The notes beneath the pieces were generated by a model. It did not search any database, had not been told where the DNA came from, and saw only the letters and a program-made list of their open reading frames with translations. This document shows, one piece after another, positions 8,305 through 18,210 of a DNA stretch of 64,000 nt (its first letter is position 1; each line of letters opens with the position of its first letter). The stretch is from an uncultured Acidimicrobiaceae bacterium. GTDB lineage: Bacteria; Actinomycetota; Acidimicrobiia; Acidimicrobiales; RAAP-2. Position numbers and translations under genes: made by a program. Location of the stretch: assembly GCA_963704615.1 (NCBI GenBank), contig OY969923.1, forward strand, positions 2,572,068 through 2,636,067, read 5' to 3'.

Positions 8305-9141
8305 TCAGTCCGGGGTACCGGCGGAGGGAAAACGCGGTGGCCGGCGGTCACGCAGAGCGGCCACCCCCTCTTTGGCGTCGGGACCGAGGAATCCCAGCAT
8401 CTCGAGGGCCAGCGATTCGCCGAACACGGGTGACGTTGTCCTCAACCACTGATTGAGGACCCGCTTCGTCCACTGCACGGCGGTCCGGCTGCCTTCAGCC
8501 AGTCGAGCGGCGACGGCCAGCGCTTCGCCGAGCACGGCCTCGTCGGGCACGCACCGGGTTACCAGGCCGATGCGCTCGGCCTCGGGGCCATCGATGAAGT
8601 CGGCGGTCATCAAGTAGTACTTGGCCTTGGCCATGCCGCACAGCAGGGGCCAGAGCAGAGCGGCATGGTCACCGGCGGCCACGCCGAGCCGGGTGTGACC
8701 GTCAGAAAGCCGAGCCGACTCGGCGATGATGCTCACGTCGGCCAAGAGGGCAACCGCCAGCCCGGCTCCGACGGCCACGCCGTTGATGGCCGAGACGATG
8801 GGCTTGACCGATGAGAGCATCTCCTCGACCACGGCGTTGGCATCGCGCCACTGCTCAACGACGGTGGCCTGGTCGGTGGTCATCTTCTCCACCATGGCCA
8901 GATCGCCCCCCGCCGAAAAGGCCCGCCCGGCCCCGGTGATCACCGACACCGCCACCGACGGGTCGTCATCGATCACCGACCAGACCTCGGAGAGCTCTCG
9001 GTGCAGCCTCTCATCGGCGGCATTGAGCACGCCCGGTCGATCGATGGTGATGAGAACGACTCCGGGGCGGGATCGTTCGAATCGGAGATGCTCGAAGTCG
9101 TCGTAGGACCGGCACAGCCGGGATGGCGGGAGGTTGGTCAC
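8305..9141 (-). CDS. Enoyl-CoA hydratase/isomerase (crotonase) family protein
   Basis: VLITIDRPGVLNAAD..., ITGAGRAFSAGGDL and INGVAVGAGLAVALLADVSI are crotonase-fold signatures. The GTG start overlaps the upstream gene's stop (GTGA). Confidence 0.9.
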   Translation of the reverse strand: MTNLPPSRLCRSYDDFEHLRFERSRPGVVLITIDRPGVLNAADERLHRELSEVWSVIDDDPSVAVSVITGAGRAFSAGGDLAMVEKMTTDQATVVEQWRDANAVVEEMLSSVKPIVSAINGVAVGAGLAVALLADVSIIAESARLSDGHTRLGVAAGDHAALLWPLLCGMAKAKYYLMTADFIDGPEAERIGLVTRCVPDEAVLGEALAVAARLAEGSRTAVQWTKRVLNQWLRTTSPVFGESLALEMLGFLGPDAKEGVAALRDRRPPRFPSAGTPD

Positions 9142-10175
9142 GTCTCGAGCAGTGGATGGTGGAGACCGAGGTCGGTCAGCGAGCGCTCGGGGTACCAGGG
9201 TTCGACCACGGCCTCGGGGGCACCGGCGACTTTGAGAACGTAGATGTTCCAGAACGGGGCCAGGTCGGCCGGTTCGATGTCGGCGTACAACCGTTGCTCG
9301 ACGTCAACACAGCGGGTGAAACCCACCCGCTCGAACTGTTCCGTCCACCACTCGAACGAGGCGATGGTCAGGTGACCCTCCACCAGGTTTCCCTCGGCGT
9401 CGACGGCCAGGTCCTCCTCGGGGACCGGTCCCATGTACTCGGGCCCCAACCGGCGGTAGTGGTCCAGGCGCTCGGGCCGGACCTTGCCCTCGAAATGACC
9501 GGTCGTCCCGGACCGGTTGACGCCGAACGAGGGAATGGTGGCGTAGAGATATCCACCACAGACCCGGTGGACCTCGGCAAGGGCTTCGGGCACCCGGTCA
9601 GGGGGGAGGTGCTCGAGGATCTCCAACGCGGTCACCAGGTCGAAGGAGCGATCGTCCCAGGGCAAACCGGCGAAGAGGTTGGCCAACCGGATATGGCCGA
9701 CAGCGCCGGGCGAAGCGTGGTCGATGGCGAACTGGCTGACATCGCAGCCCTGGGCGTCGATGCCCCGTTCGCGGAGGACCTCCACCAGGAAGCCGGTGGC
9801 GCAGCCCACGTCGAGAGCCGTGAACACCCGGAAATTCCTCCACAGCAACCAGGCCGCGATGTCGGCGTTGGAGGCGATTCGGTCGTAACGCGTGTACCCC
9901 GACCTCCCGGCACGGTCACCGGAGGCATCACGACCCTCGCCGAAGTAGCTGCCCCCGTAGGTATCGGCCACGTCGGTGTCGCGGCCACCGGCCTCGGCCC
10001 CGGCCGCTCCCAGCTCGGAGGCCTGGGTCAGTTCCCGGCCGGCGACGGCGAACAATCGGCGCCAACCCGGATGGCGGGTGGCCAGGTGGACCAGGGTCCG
10101 ACGCACGCCGTCAACGGCCGGTTTCCAGCGGGCTGTCGGCATGGTTGCGAGGTTAGCCCTGGTCGGGTGGGGCAT
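9138..10175 (-). CDS. Class I SAM-dependent methyltransferase
   Basis: Motif I ALDVGCATGFLVEVLRERG and post-I CDVS. The ORF is open to 10328, but its first ~50 codons have A/T-rich third positions. The start is therefore placed at the ATG at 10175, with 10142 as an alternative. Confidence 0.75.
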   Translation of the reverse strand: MPHPTRANLATMPTARWKPAVDGVRRTLVHLATRHPGWRRLFAVAGRELTQASELGAAGAEAGGRDTDVADTYGGSYFGEGRDASGDRAGRSGYTRYDRIASNADIAAWLLWRNFRVFTALDVGCATGFLVEVLRERGIDAQGCDVSQFAIDHASPGAVGHIRLANLFAGLPWDDRSFDLVTALEILEHLPPDRVPEALAEVHRVCGGYLYATIPSFGVNRSGTTGHFEGKVRPERLDHYRRLGPEYMGPVPEEDLAVDAEGNLVEGHLTIASFEWWTEQFERVGFTRCVDVEQRLYADIEPADLAPFWNIYVLKVAGAPEAVVEPWYPERSLTDLGLHHPLLET

Positions 10176-10369
10176 CGCCGGCCGTCCAGTGGCCTCGCCA
10201 CCACCGGCCGGTGCGGACACATCGCCGAGAGCCACAACCCGAATTCGACCAGAAATACCACTTTCAGTGTGGAGATACTCACGTAAAGCGGTTATTGTAG
10301 AGCCAAGGGAGTCTCGATCGAAGGACATGGGCGATGGCCAGGAGACGTGGGTCCTCGGGAGGATCAGCG

Positions 10370-11380
10370 ATGGACAACCAGAACGGCACGGTGGACCGCA
10401 TGGTGGATCAACTGCCAGAACGTCCGGGCAGCTTCTATCCGGTCGAAGCGGGTGAAGCGCCCGCGCCGGTCACCTCACCCTTCTTCGGGCCGCCCGGCGA
10501 CGGGAGCGGAACGCTCAGCCCGACGGAGGTCTCCGAGGAGGCCCCGGCGGCATCTCTCGTCGGCTCCCTGTCTGCCTTCACCCTGGCCGACGTCCTGTCC
10601 ATGTTGGCCTCCACATCGCAGACCGGGGAGCTGCGGGTGGTCAGCGAGACGGTCGACGGCCGGGTGTGGCTCGACGGGGGTGAGCTCGCCGACGCCAGCG
10701 TCGGGGCGGCCACCACCCTCAGCCAGGCCGTCTTCGAACTGGCGTGCGTGCCTGAGGGCTGGTTCTCCTTCACCACCGATGCCTTCACCTCGAGCGGTCA
10801 ACCGACTGCTTCGGTCAGTGACGTCCTGGCCGAGGTTCAGCCCCAAGTCGACGAGTGGCGGGAGATCCGGCGGGTCGTGCCCCTCGAAGCCGTCGTCACC
10901 CTGTCCCCCGATCCTCCCGGCCAGGACGTCCAGATCCGCAGCGACCAGTGGCGGGTGCTCACCACGGTGGGTACGTCGGGACACACGGTCAAGTCGGTCC
11001 TGGACCTCATCGGGGACGATCAGATCGTCGGCCTCCGGACGCTACGTGATCTCCACGCGGCCGGACTGATCGATCTCGAACCGAGCGATGGCGCCGTCGA
11101 CGAGGCAATCGTGAACGCCGCTCCCCTGTTCGCCCCTCCGTCCGAGAACGAGCCCGACGGCGCCCCACTCACGATGCCACCCCGGTTGGTGGTGTCGGAG
11201 GACTCCGTCGCCGACGACTTGGCCACCGCCCCACCTCCGAGCGAGACCGACTCGGGACGGGAAGGCAACGATCGTTTCGACAGCCTGGCCGAAGTGGCGA
11301 TCATGCCGCCGCCCATCGCCGGCGACCCCTGGGCACCCATTGCCGAGTCCAACGGCACGGACGACGACGGGGTGGCCTGA
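10370..11380 (+). CDS. DUF4388 (PatA-N-like) domain protein with an acidic, Pro-rich C-terminal half
   Basis: RBS GGGAGGA lies 6 nt before the ATG at 10370. GSLSAFTLADVLSMLASTSQTGELRVVSETVDGRVWLDGGELADA matches the remembered DUF4388 pattern (L..f.l.dll..l....tG.L.v...g.i....G.i..A). Confidence 0.7.
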   Translation: MDNQNGTVDRMVDQLPERPGSFYPVEAGEAPAPVTSPFFGPPGDGSGTLSPTEVSEEAPAASLVGSLSAFTLADVLSMLASTSQTGELRVVSETVDGRVWLDGGELADASVGAATTLSQAVFELACVPEGWFSFTTDAFTSSGQPTASVSDVLAEVQPQVDEWREIRRVVPLEAVVTLSPDPPGQDVQIRSDQWRVLTTVGTSGHTVKSVLDLIGDDQIVGLRTLRDLHAAGLIDLEPSDGAVDEAIVNAAPLFAPPSENEPDGAPLTMPPRLVVSEDSVADDLATAPPPSETDSGREGNDRFDSLAEVAIMPPPIAGDPWAPIAESNGTDDDGVA

Positions 11381-11454
11381 GACGAGGCCCGCGCCGATGA
11401 CGGAGCCGAGTCCCCCCGAGGCACCCGTCACCGGTTCCCGGCCTCACGACAGAG

Positions 11455-11490
11455 GATGACCACACCGGCCTCCGGGCCGGTGTGGTCATC
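11455..11490. terminator. Perfect 16-bp stem / 4-nt loop hairpin between convergent genes (bidirectional terminator candidate)
   Basis: gatgaccacaccggcc-tccg-ggccggtgtggtcatc, read directly. It sits between the DUF4388 stop (11380) and the rdgB stop (11496). Confidence 0.7.
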
Positions 11491-11495
11491 ACTGC

Positions 11496-12119
11496 TCACG
11501 AGGGTCCTGACGGCGCCCCCAACAGCTCGGCGAGGGCACGGAAGGCCCGGCCGCGATGCGAGATCTGGTGCTTCTCGTCGGCACTCATCTGGGCAAAGGT
11601 GCGCCCCCCGTGACCGTCCGGGGCGAACACCGGGTCATACCCGAATCCCAAAGCACCCATCGGCTCCGACGTGATCACGCCGTTGACCTCGCCATCGGCC
11701 CAGACGTCGTGGCCATCGGGATAGGAGACCAGGGCCACGCTCCGGAACTTGGCCTCCCGCCGTTCGGGCTCATCGGCCCCGACCTTGGCCAGCTCGGCCA
11801 GGAGCTTGGCCACGTTGTCGGCGTAGGTGGCGTGATCGCCGGCGAAGCGGGACGAATAGACGCCCGGCGCCCCACCCAGAGCCTCGACCTCGAGCCCGGT
11901 GTCATCGGCGACGGCCGGCATTCCCGTGGCCTCGACCAGAGCTCGCGCCTTCAACCGGGCGTTGTCCACCAAGGTGTCTCCGGTCTCGTCGACCTCAGGA
12001 ACCGATGGGGGGCGCGGCAACAGGACAAGGCCCGCGACGGTCCCCAGGATGGCGGTGATCTCGGTTGCCTTGTCGGGATTGGCCGTCGCCAGGACCAGAC
12101 GGAGCTCGTGCCCGCTCAC
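11496..12119 (-). CDS. rdgB: Non-canonical purine NTP pyrophosphatase (RdgB/HAM1 family)
   Basis: [60 protein letters not shown] and ISHRGRA are the standard RdgB blocks. The start overlaps the rph stop. Confidence 0.9.
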   Translation of the reverse strand: MSGHELRLVLATANPDKATEITAILGTVAGLVLLPRPPSVPEVDETGDTLVDNARLKARALVEATGMPAVADDTGLEVEALGGAPGVYSSRFAGDHATYADNVAKLLAELAKVGADEPERREAKFRSVALVSYPDGHDVWADGEVNGVITSEPMGALGFGYDPVFAPDGHGGRTFAQMSADEKHQISHRGRAFRALAELLGAPSGPS

Positions 12120-12880
12120 CGGGGTGCGGGCGGTTCGCTCAACGTCGCCGATTGGACGTCGAGGAGCTGTGCGATGCCGTGCTCGGCCAGACTCAACATC
12201 TCGTCGAGCTCTCCCTTGGTGAACGGCATGCCCTCGGCGGTGCCTTGGACTTCGATGAAGCGACCTGACGAGGTCATGGCCACGTTCATGTCGACCTCGG
12301 CTCTGCTGTCTTCCTCATAGGGAAGGTCGAGCATGCACACCCCGTCGACCACGCCGACGGACACGGCGGCGACGGCCTCGGTCAGCGGATTGGCCCGCAG
12401 TGTCCCCTTCTGGATCAGCCGGGTGAACGCGTCGTGGAGGGCGACGTAAGCCCCGCAGATCGACGCCGTCCGGGTGCCTCCGTCGGCCTGCAGCACGTCG
12501 CAGTCCACGGTGACCTGCAGTTCACCCAGCACCACCATGTCGCACACTGATCGCAACGACCGGCCGATCAGCCGCTGGATCTCCTGGGTCCGGCCCGACT
12601 GCTTGCCCCTGGCCGCTTCACGGGTGACCCGCTCTCCGGTCGAACCGGGGAGAAGCGAGTACTCGGCCGTGACCCATCCCTTTCCGCTCCCTCGCATCCA
12701 CGGCGGGACCCGGTCCTCCACCGACGCGGTGCACAGGACCCGGGTCCGCCCCATCGACACCAGAACGGATCCGGGAGCGAAGACAGTGAAATCCCGCTCG
12801 AACACCACGGGGCGAAGTTCATCGATGGCCCGCCCATCGGCTCTTCCCGCCCAGGGCGGGCCCGTCGCTCCTTCGTTCAC
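12116..12880 (-). CDS. rph: Ribonuclease PH
   Basis: [13 protein letters not shown]..., [54 protein letters not shown] and [16 protein letters not shown]. The ORF is open to 12976. GTG at 12878-12880 overlaps the upstream stop (GTGA) and gives a normal 254-aa RNase PH. Confidence 0.9.
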   Translation of the reverse strand: MNEGATGPPWAGRADGRAIDELRPVVFERDFTVFAPGSVLVSMGRTRVLCTASVEDRVPPWMRGSGKGWVTAEYSLLPGSTGERVTREAARGKQSGRTQEIQRLIGRSLRSVCDMVVLGELQVTVDCDVLQADGGTRTASICGAYVALHDAFTRLIQKGTLRANPLTEAVAAVSVGVVDGVCMLDLPYEEDSRAEVDMNVAMTSSGRFIEVQGTAEGMPFTKGELDEMLSLAEHGIAQLLDVQSATLSEPPAPR

Positions 12881-13593
12881 AGTACGAATTCCTTTCCGAT
12901 CGCTGCTTGCTCTACCTCTCCCCCGAAAGCGTCCCGCACCTCGGCGAGAAGCGTCCCGGGGTCGATCGTCGGCCATCGGTGGGTGACCACCAGGCGGTCG
13001 ATGCCGGCCCCAGCCGCCTGCTCACCGGCCTGTCGCCCACTCATGTGGTCCGCGGTCCCTTCGTGGTCGACCGTATAAGTGGCCTCGGACAGCACCAGAT
13101 CGAGACCAACCCCGAGCTCGGTCAAGGACCAGCCCGGGCCGGTGTCGGCAGAGTACCCCAGGGAACGACCGGCACCGTCGATGCGCACGGCCAATGTCTC
13201 GAAGCTGTGGTCGGTACGGCGGAAGGAGCAGACCAGCTCACCGATCCTCTCGCGGTCGCCGGAGGTGACCTCGTGCCAGGTGAAGGCGGACGAGTCGGCC
13301 AGGCCCGACCGTTCGACCATCCCCGCAGGCGCATAGACGGGTATCCCCCGCCGGCCGAGGACCAGACGAGCGTGGGTCGACAATGGATGGAGATCGGTCC
13401 AGTGATCAGGGTGGTGGTGGGAAACGACGATGGCGTCGATCGTGGCCGGATCGACCAGGCACTGGAGGTTGGCGAACGTGCCTGGACCGATGTCCATCAG
13501 GACGCGGGTGCTCCGGGCAGAGACCATGTACCCGCTCCCCGCTCCTCCGGGACCCGTCCAACTGCCGTCGCAACCGAGCACGGTCAGAAGCAT
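12877..13593 (-). CDS. MBL-fold metallo-hydrolase
   Basis: [24 protein letters not shown] start and the [13 protein letters not shown] zinc-binding motif. The ORF is open to 13656. Confidence 0.8.
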   Translation of the reverse strand: MLLTVLGCDGSWTGPGGAGSGYMVSARSTRVLMDIGPGTFANLQCLVDPATIDAIVVSHHHPDHWTDLHPLSTHARLVLGRRGIPVYAPAGMVERSGLADSSAFTWHEVTSGDRERIGELVCSFRRTDHSFETLAVRIDGAGRSLGYSADTGPGWSLTELGVGLDLVLSEATYTVDHEGTADHMSGRQAGEQAAGAGIDRLVVTHRWPTIDPGTLLAEVRDAFGGEVEQAAIGKEFVL

Positions 13594-13728
13594 CGCCGTC
13601 TGGGCCCGTGGGGTTGGCTGGAGATTTGCCGAGCTCCGCGTGGGTGGGCCGGTCACCGAAGAAGACTAGGTGACACCCGCACCATCGAGTCTCGCCGAAC
13701 GGGCCTTTTCCTGAGAAGTGCGGAACCC

Positions 13729-14676
13729 TCAGAAATACGTGATCGACTTGGCCCGCTCCTCGACCACGTCGAGGTCGTCGGTCCACGCACCGGTGGAGAG
13801 GTACTTCCAGCCGCCGTCGGCGGCCACCACCACGATGGTCCCGGATTCGATGGATGCAGCCGTCTTGACCGCCCCGGCCAGGGCTGCACCCGAGGAGAGC
13901 CCGGCGAAGATCCCCACGTCGCCAAGGCGGCGGGTCCACTCGATGGACTCGCGGGGCCGAACGATCCGCTTCCCGTCGAGAAGTTCCTTCCCATGGTTGT
14001 CGATGAAGATGGGGGGGATGTACCCGTCGTCAAGGTTGCGGAGTCCATCGACGATTTCGCCGGCGGGCGGCTCGATGGCCAGGACCTTGATATCCGGGTT
14101 CTGCTCCTTCAGATAGCGTCCCACCCCAAGCAAGGTCCCCGACGTACCCAGTCCGGCGACGAAGTGGGTGACCTCGGGACAGTCTCGCCAGATCTCCGGC
14201 CCCGTTCCTTCGTAGTGGGCCTTCGGGTTCGCCGGATTGGCGTACTGGTAGAGGAAGGCCCACTCGGGGTGTTCGGCAGCCAACGCCTGGGCTCTACGCA
14301 CGGCACCGTTGGATCCCTCCGACCCCGGCGATTCGATGATCTCGGCGCCCCACACCTCGAGGAGCTGGCGCCGCTCAATCGAGACATTGGTGGCCAGGAC
14401 CACCTTCAGGTGGTAGCCCTTGACCTTGCAGATCATGGCCATGCCGATACCTGTGTTGCCCGACGAGGGTTCGATGAGGGTGTGTCCGGGTTTGAGGATG
14501 CCGTCCTTTTCCGCTTCTTCGATCATGGAGAGAGCGATCCGGTCCTTCACCGAGCCCCCCGGATTCTGACCTTCGAGCTTGACCAGGATCCGCACCCTGG
14601 GATTCGGGCTCAACTCGGTGATGTCGACCGTCGGCGTGTTGCCGATCAGCTCCAGGATGGAGCTGAAGAGTGTCAT
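13729..14676 (-). CDS. cysM: Cysteine synthase, CysM-type (PLP-dependent; partner of CysO thiocarboxylate)
   Basis: IGNTPTV, KLEGQNPGGSVKDRIA (PLP lysine) and EPSSGNTGIGMA. It follows a MoaD/ThiS-like carrier and a JAMM protease, the same order as the mycobacterial mec-cysO-cysM operon. Confidence 0.9.
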   Translation of the reverse strand: MTLFSSILELIGNTPTVDITELSPNPRVRILVKLEGQNPGGSVKDRIALSMIEEAEKDGILKPGHTLIEPSSGNTGIGMAMICKVKGYHLKVVLATNVSIERRQLLEVWGAEIIESPGSEGSNGAVRRAQALAAEHPEWAFLYQYANPANPKAHYEGTGPEIWRDCPEVTHFVAGLGTSGTLLGVGRYLKEQNPDIKVLAIEPPAGEIVDGLRNLDDGYIPPIFIDNHGKELLDGKRIVRPRESIEWTRRLGDVGIFAGLSSGAALAGAVKTAASIESGTIVVVAADGGWKYLSTGAWTDDLDVVEERAKSITYF

Positions 14677-14978
14677 CGTGAGCGGGAAGCCTTGGCGGCG
14701 ACCGCTCCACCCGCCACCGCGGGCAGAATCGAGATCTCGTCGGTGTCCTTGACCGGGGTATCCAGGCCCGACAGGTATCGGACGTCGTCATCGTTGAGGT
14801 ACACGTTCACGAATTTATGGAGCGCGCCACCGTCGTCGATGACCTGACCAGCCAATCCTGGGTACTCGCCGACCACGGCCACCAGCACCTCACCGACGGT
14901 CGACCCGTCGGACGACACCGTCTTGGCCCCTCCGGCGTGGGACCTCAGTACGGTCGGCAGATTGACTTGGACGGACAC
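14673..14978 (-). CDS. cysO: MoaD/ThiS-family sulfur-carrier protein (CysO-like) with a 10-aa extension after the Gly-Gly motif
   Basis: 101 aa. ..VNVYLNDDDVRYLSGLDTPVKDTDEISILPAVAGG is followed by AVAAKASRSR*. The stop overlaps the cysM start (ATGA). Confidence 0.85.
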   Translation of the reverse strand: MSVQVNLPTVLRSHAGGAKTVSSDGSTVGEVLVAVVGEYPGLAGQVIDDGGALHKFVNVYLNDDDVRYLSGLDTPVKDTDEISILPAVAGGAVAAKASRSR

Positions 14979-15040
14979 GATTTCTCCTCTGGTTCCGGTG
15001 AGCGCACCCGGGCTTAATGTCGACTACTCCGCTTGGGATT

Positions 15041-15448
15041 CTATCTGGGCCACACCCTGACCGGTTCCTCGGTGATCGTGCCGTCGACGATGCGATAGCT
15101 CCGAACCACCGGCTGGATGTCCCGGAGCGACACCACGACGTAATGCCACTCGGGGTCCGGCGCTTGAGCAACGTCGGTCGGCGAAGGGTAAGCCTCGGTG
15201 TGGGTGTGGGAATGGAAGACGCCAATGATCGAGTAACCCGCGGCCTCAGCATCGCGGTCGGCCCGCAGATAGTCCGTCGGATCGACGGTGTAGAGCTTGG
15301 CTGACGCAGCCAGATTGCGGGTTGGATAGCAGGTGACGGCTTCGCCGGTTTCGAGATGGCCGCCCAGGAGTCCACACGCCTCGTCGGGCAGCCCTGTCAG
15401 ACAGTGGGCCACCATCTGATCGTGCACCATTTTGGGGAGGACGAGCAT
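15041..15448 (-). CDS. mec: JAMM/MPN+ metalloprotease (Mec-like)
   Basis: EACGLLGG plus the HSHTHTEAYPSPTD (HxHx7Sx2D) JAMM motif. It is the first gene of the mec-cysO-cysM cluster. Confidence 0.85.
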   Translation of the reverse strand: MLVLPKMVHDQMVAHCLTGLPDEACGLLGGHLETGEAVTCYPTRNLAASAKLYTVDPTDYLRADRDAEAAGYSIIGVFHSHTHTEAYPSPTDVAQAPDPEWHYVVVSLRDIQPVVRSYRIVDGTITEEPVRVWPR

Positions 15449-15504
15449 CGTCTTTGAACGCTAGATGAACCGGAGCGGAATCGGGCGACTATCGTCGGAG
15501 TGAC

Positions 15505-16050
15505 ATGGCAGCAGCGCGGAAGAAGAGCGGAGCGGGTGGCGGCCAGCCCAAGTCGACCAAGCCATCCGCCACCCGAAGCCCCGGGGAGGCCAACAAGGTC
15601 ATCGCCTCGAACCGGCGTGCCCGCCACGACTACGACATCATCGAATCCACCGAGTGCGGCATCGTCCTGCAGGGTTCCGAGGTGAAATCACTCCGGGCCG
15701 GGAGGATCGCCCTGCAGGATGCCTACGCTCGGATCATCGACGGCGAGATGTGGCTTTTCGGCCTCCATATTCCGCCCTATGCCCAGGCCAACGGATTCGG
15801 CGCCCACGATCCGGATCGCCGTCGCAAGCTGCTCATGCACCGCCGGCAGATCGACGAATGGATGGGTCGAATCCAGCAGCAGTCCCTGACCCTGGTGCCC
15901 TTGTCGATCTACTTGAAAGACGGACGGGCCAAGGTCGATCTGGCTCTGGCCCGTGGGCGCCGGCAGTACGACAAGCGCCATGCCATCGCCACCAGGGATG
16001 CGACCCGGGAAGCGGCCCGAGAAGCTCGATCGGCCTCGCGGGTGGGCTAG
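15505..16050 (+). CDS. smpB: SsrA-binding protein
   Basis: IASNRRARHDYDIIESTECGIVLQGSEVKSLR, LFGLHIPPY and RRRKLLMHRRQI are canonical SmpB blocks. tmRNA lies immediately downstream. Confidence 0.95.
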   Translation: MAAARKKSGAGGGQPKSTKPSATRSPGEANKVIASNRRARHDYDIIESTECGIVLQGSEVKSLRAGRIALQDAYARIIDGEMWLFGLHIPPYAQANGFGAHDPDRRRKLLMHRRQIDEWMGRIQQQSLTLVPLSIYLKDGRAKVDLALARGRRQYDKRHAIATRDATREAAREARSASRVG

Positions 16051-16100
16051 GCCTTCGAGGGACGGATCTGCTTCATATCGGCAGCGGTAAGCTGGTTGTC

Positions 16101-16121
16101 GGGTGAGCAGGCTGCTCACCC
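16101..16121 (+). terminator. Hairpin between smpB and ssrA (terminator or processing structure)
   Basis: gggtgagcag-g-ctgctcaccc: the arms are perfect reverse complements. Confidence 0.45.
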
Positions 16122-16135
16122 GTTCGAGACACCCA

Positions 16136-16486
16136 GGGGGTGACAGGCTTCGACTCCGGTCGTCGAAATAGGAGAAGCGAGCCGTGGTCTCCGGAGCCAC
16201 GTTAAAGAGCCGGAACAAAAAATAAACGCCGAGCCTCAGCTCGCGCTCGCAGCCTAGAAACTGCGACGTCCGACCGGTCTCAGTCCCACGGACCGGAGCC
16301 GGGCGCCATCAAGTGGGACTCACCTGGCCGGCTGTTCCGACGGGCCGCTAGGGACACTTCAGTCGGATACGGAACGATGCAGCCGCCGGTAACGGCATCG
16401 TTCCCGACAATCCAAAGCCGGCTGCGCTCGGAGAAGACCTATTGAGAAGCCGGAGGACGCGGGTTCGATTCCCGCCACCTCCACCA
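16136..16486 (+). ncRNA. ssrA: tmRNA (transfer-messenger RNA)
   Basis: 5' GGGGGTGACAGGCTTCGAC pairs with 3' CACCTCC-A-CCA, giving a 7-bp acceptor stem with a G3:U70 pair. T-arm GCGGG-TTCGATT-CCCGC. The internal tag reading frame ..GCC GAG CCT CAG CTC GCG CTC GCA GCC TAG encodes ..AEPQLALAA*, with the stop at 16255-16257. Confidence 0.9.
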
Positions 16487-16703
16487 ACCAACTGACGCAG
16501 GCACACCGCCACCAGCCATCGCGTCACGACCGACCATGAGTTGTAGGGCACCAATATGTCGATCGCGACGGACGAGCCAAACCAGCGCCTCTCGGACCTC
16601 AAGGACCGATAGACAGCCGGTGCCGGGTGCAGGGTGCCGATGCTCATCGCGTGCCGGTCCGTCCTGGGTGCCGCCATCGCGTTGGCGTTGCTCCCATTCG
16701 GAA

Positions 16704-18131
16704 TCAACGCCGCGCGGTGCGTTTCCTATCGGCGCGAGCCGTCTTCTTCTTCCTCTTTTGTTTCGACTTCGATGACCCGCCGCGAGCCTGCGCTGTTGGT
16801 GCTCGGGATCGCGCTGGCTCCGCTGGCTCTTCGGTGGGTGCCGGCTTGGCCGCGGCCGCGAGCAGGCCCGTCACTCCAACCGCCTGGAGTGCCCACCACG
16901 GGTACAATCCCAGATGCCACTGAGACACAATCGTCGTGCCTATCGCGCAAGCGATGGCGATGGAGAACCGAAGTTTGGTTCCTCGGGCCGCCACAAGCAC
17001 GCCCACAGCCAATGCTGGCCATGTGTAGTAATCCGTCATCACCGATTCTGTGTAGGTGCGGAGTGCAAGGGCCAGGGCGGCGGCCCACACGATCATCTCG
17101 GGTCTCCCTCGCCAGCGCAACGCCCACCATCCAATCGCAACCGCAAGCACGAGCGAGAAGGCCCGTGTCGGTCCACCGCCGATCTCTTCATGAACTCCCT
17201 GGCCGCTCAGCTTCGGTGCCAAGAACGTCCACGGCGTTTGGTGGTTGTTCGGCCCTTTGGGGTAGCCCGGTTGGGTCACGAGAGCATGGACGGTTGTACT
17301 GACATCAGAGGCCAGCGGCGCAATCGTGAGTGCCGCGGCGGGAATGACGGATCGGAGTGCCAGCCCGAGGGCGCGGCGCCTTCCCCCAAGGACGATGAGG
17401 AGCGGGAACAGGACGATGACAAGAGGTTGCACGGCCAGGGCCGCTCCGAAAAGCCAGCCAGCCCCGGCGAAGCGCCCATCGAGGGCAAGGATGAGGGCGT
17501 ATGCGGCGAGCGCCACGGCAACCGCATCCTCGGGATGCCCAGAGAACACCGTGACGTTCCAAAGCAGCACCGCTTCCACAACGCAGAGGAGAGCCCGTCG
17601 CGACCGAGTTACCTGAAGCCGTTCGGCAAGCGCGTCAAAAGCAAATAGCGCAAAGGCGGACAGAGCGAGGACGACCGGCGCAAGCAAGATGAACGCTTGC
17701 TGGTGTACGGCGTAGAGTTTCGATCCGACTCGGGTGAGGTCAAGGTTGTAGGGAGTGCCACTAACCAGCAGGTTGTGGAGCCCGACCACCGGGTGCCCGT
17801 GGTTGCTGATCTCGATGAATGTGGAGCCGAACGCATTGCTGAACGCACCGAGTGGCGCCAAAGCGACCAGGATGCCCGGCAACGCCAGAAATCCCGAACC
17901 GTATATGGAACCGAAGTGGCCGTGAGCCAGGGCACTGGACGCTTGATACGTCGTCCACAGGTCTCCCGGCGATACCCATTCTGAAGGAGTGTGACGGACG
18001 ATGGAACCCCACCGAAACCAGTAGGCCAGTCCCAGCGCGATGTAGGCGATCGACACAAGGATCGGCCAACTTCTTCGGGATAGGCGCTCGACGATCCTGT
18101 CTTCGAGGTCCGAGTTTTTGGTGTTGCTCAT
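16704..18131 (-). CDS. Polytopic integral membrane protein (at least 10 TM helices by eye; GT-C-glycosyltransferase-like topology, family not identified) with a Lys/Arg-rich tail
   Basis: 475 aa counted from the ATG at 18131. Hydrophobic segments run throughout. The C-terminus reads ..KPAPTEEPAEPARSRAPTAQARGGSSKSKQKRKKKTARADRKRTARR. Confidence 0.7.
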   Translation of the reverse strand: MSNTKNSDLEDRIVERLSRRSWPILVSIAYIALGLAYWFRWGSIVRHTPSEWVSPGDLWTTYQASSALAHGHFGSIYGSGFLALPGILVALAPLGAFSNAFGSTFIEISNHGHPVVGLHNLLVSGTPYNLDLTRVGSKLYAVHQQAFILLAPVVLALSAFALFAFDALAERLQVTRSRRALLCVVEAVLLWNVTVFSGHPEDAVAVALAAYALILALDGRFAGAGWLFGAALAVQPLVIVLFPLLIVLGGRRRALGLALRSVIPAAALTIAPLASDVSTTVHALVTQPGYPKGPNNHQTPWTFLAPKLSGQGVHEEIGGGPTRAFSLVLAVAIGWWALRWRGRPEMIVWAAALALALRTYTESVMTDYYTWPALAVGVLVAARGTKLRFSIAIACAIGTTIVSQWHLGLYPWWALQAVGVTGLLAAAAKPAPTEEPAEPARSRAPTAQARGGSSKSKQKRKKKTARADRKRTARR

Positions 18132-18166
18132 CCACACTGGCCGACATCCTGCCACGTATCCGCATT

Positions 18167-18210
18167 CGGCTCCGCGCTAACTCGGAGACCTGTGAGTCAG
18201 CGCGGAGCCG
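18167..18210. promoter_or_regulatory. 12-bp perfect inverted repeat with a 20-nt spacer, upstream of the membrane-protein gene
   Basis: cggctccgcgct (18167-18178) and agcgcggagccg (18199-18210) are exact reverse complements. Confidence 0.4.

Noticed and set aside
12881-12976. N-terminal extension of rph ([32 protein letters not shown]).
   Set aside because: It would overlap the 3' end of the upstream MBL gene by 100 nt. The GTG at 12880 gives the canonical RNase PH length and a GTGA start/stop overlap.
16348-16707. 119-aa minus-strand ORF overlapping the tmRNA gene.
   Set aside because: It overlaps a well-supported structured RNA, and its product is not protein-like.
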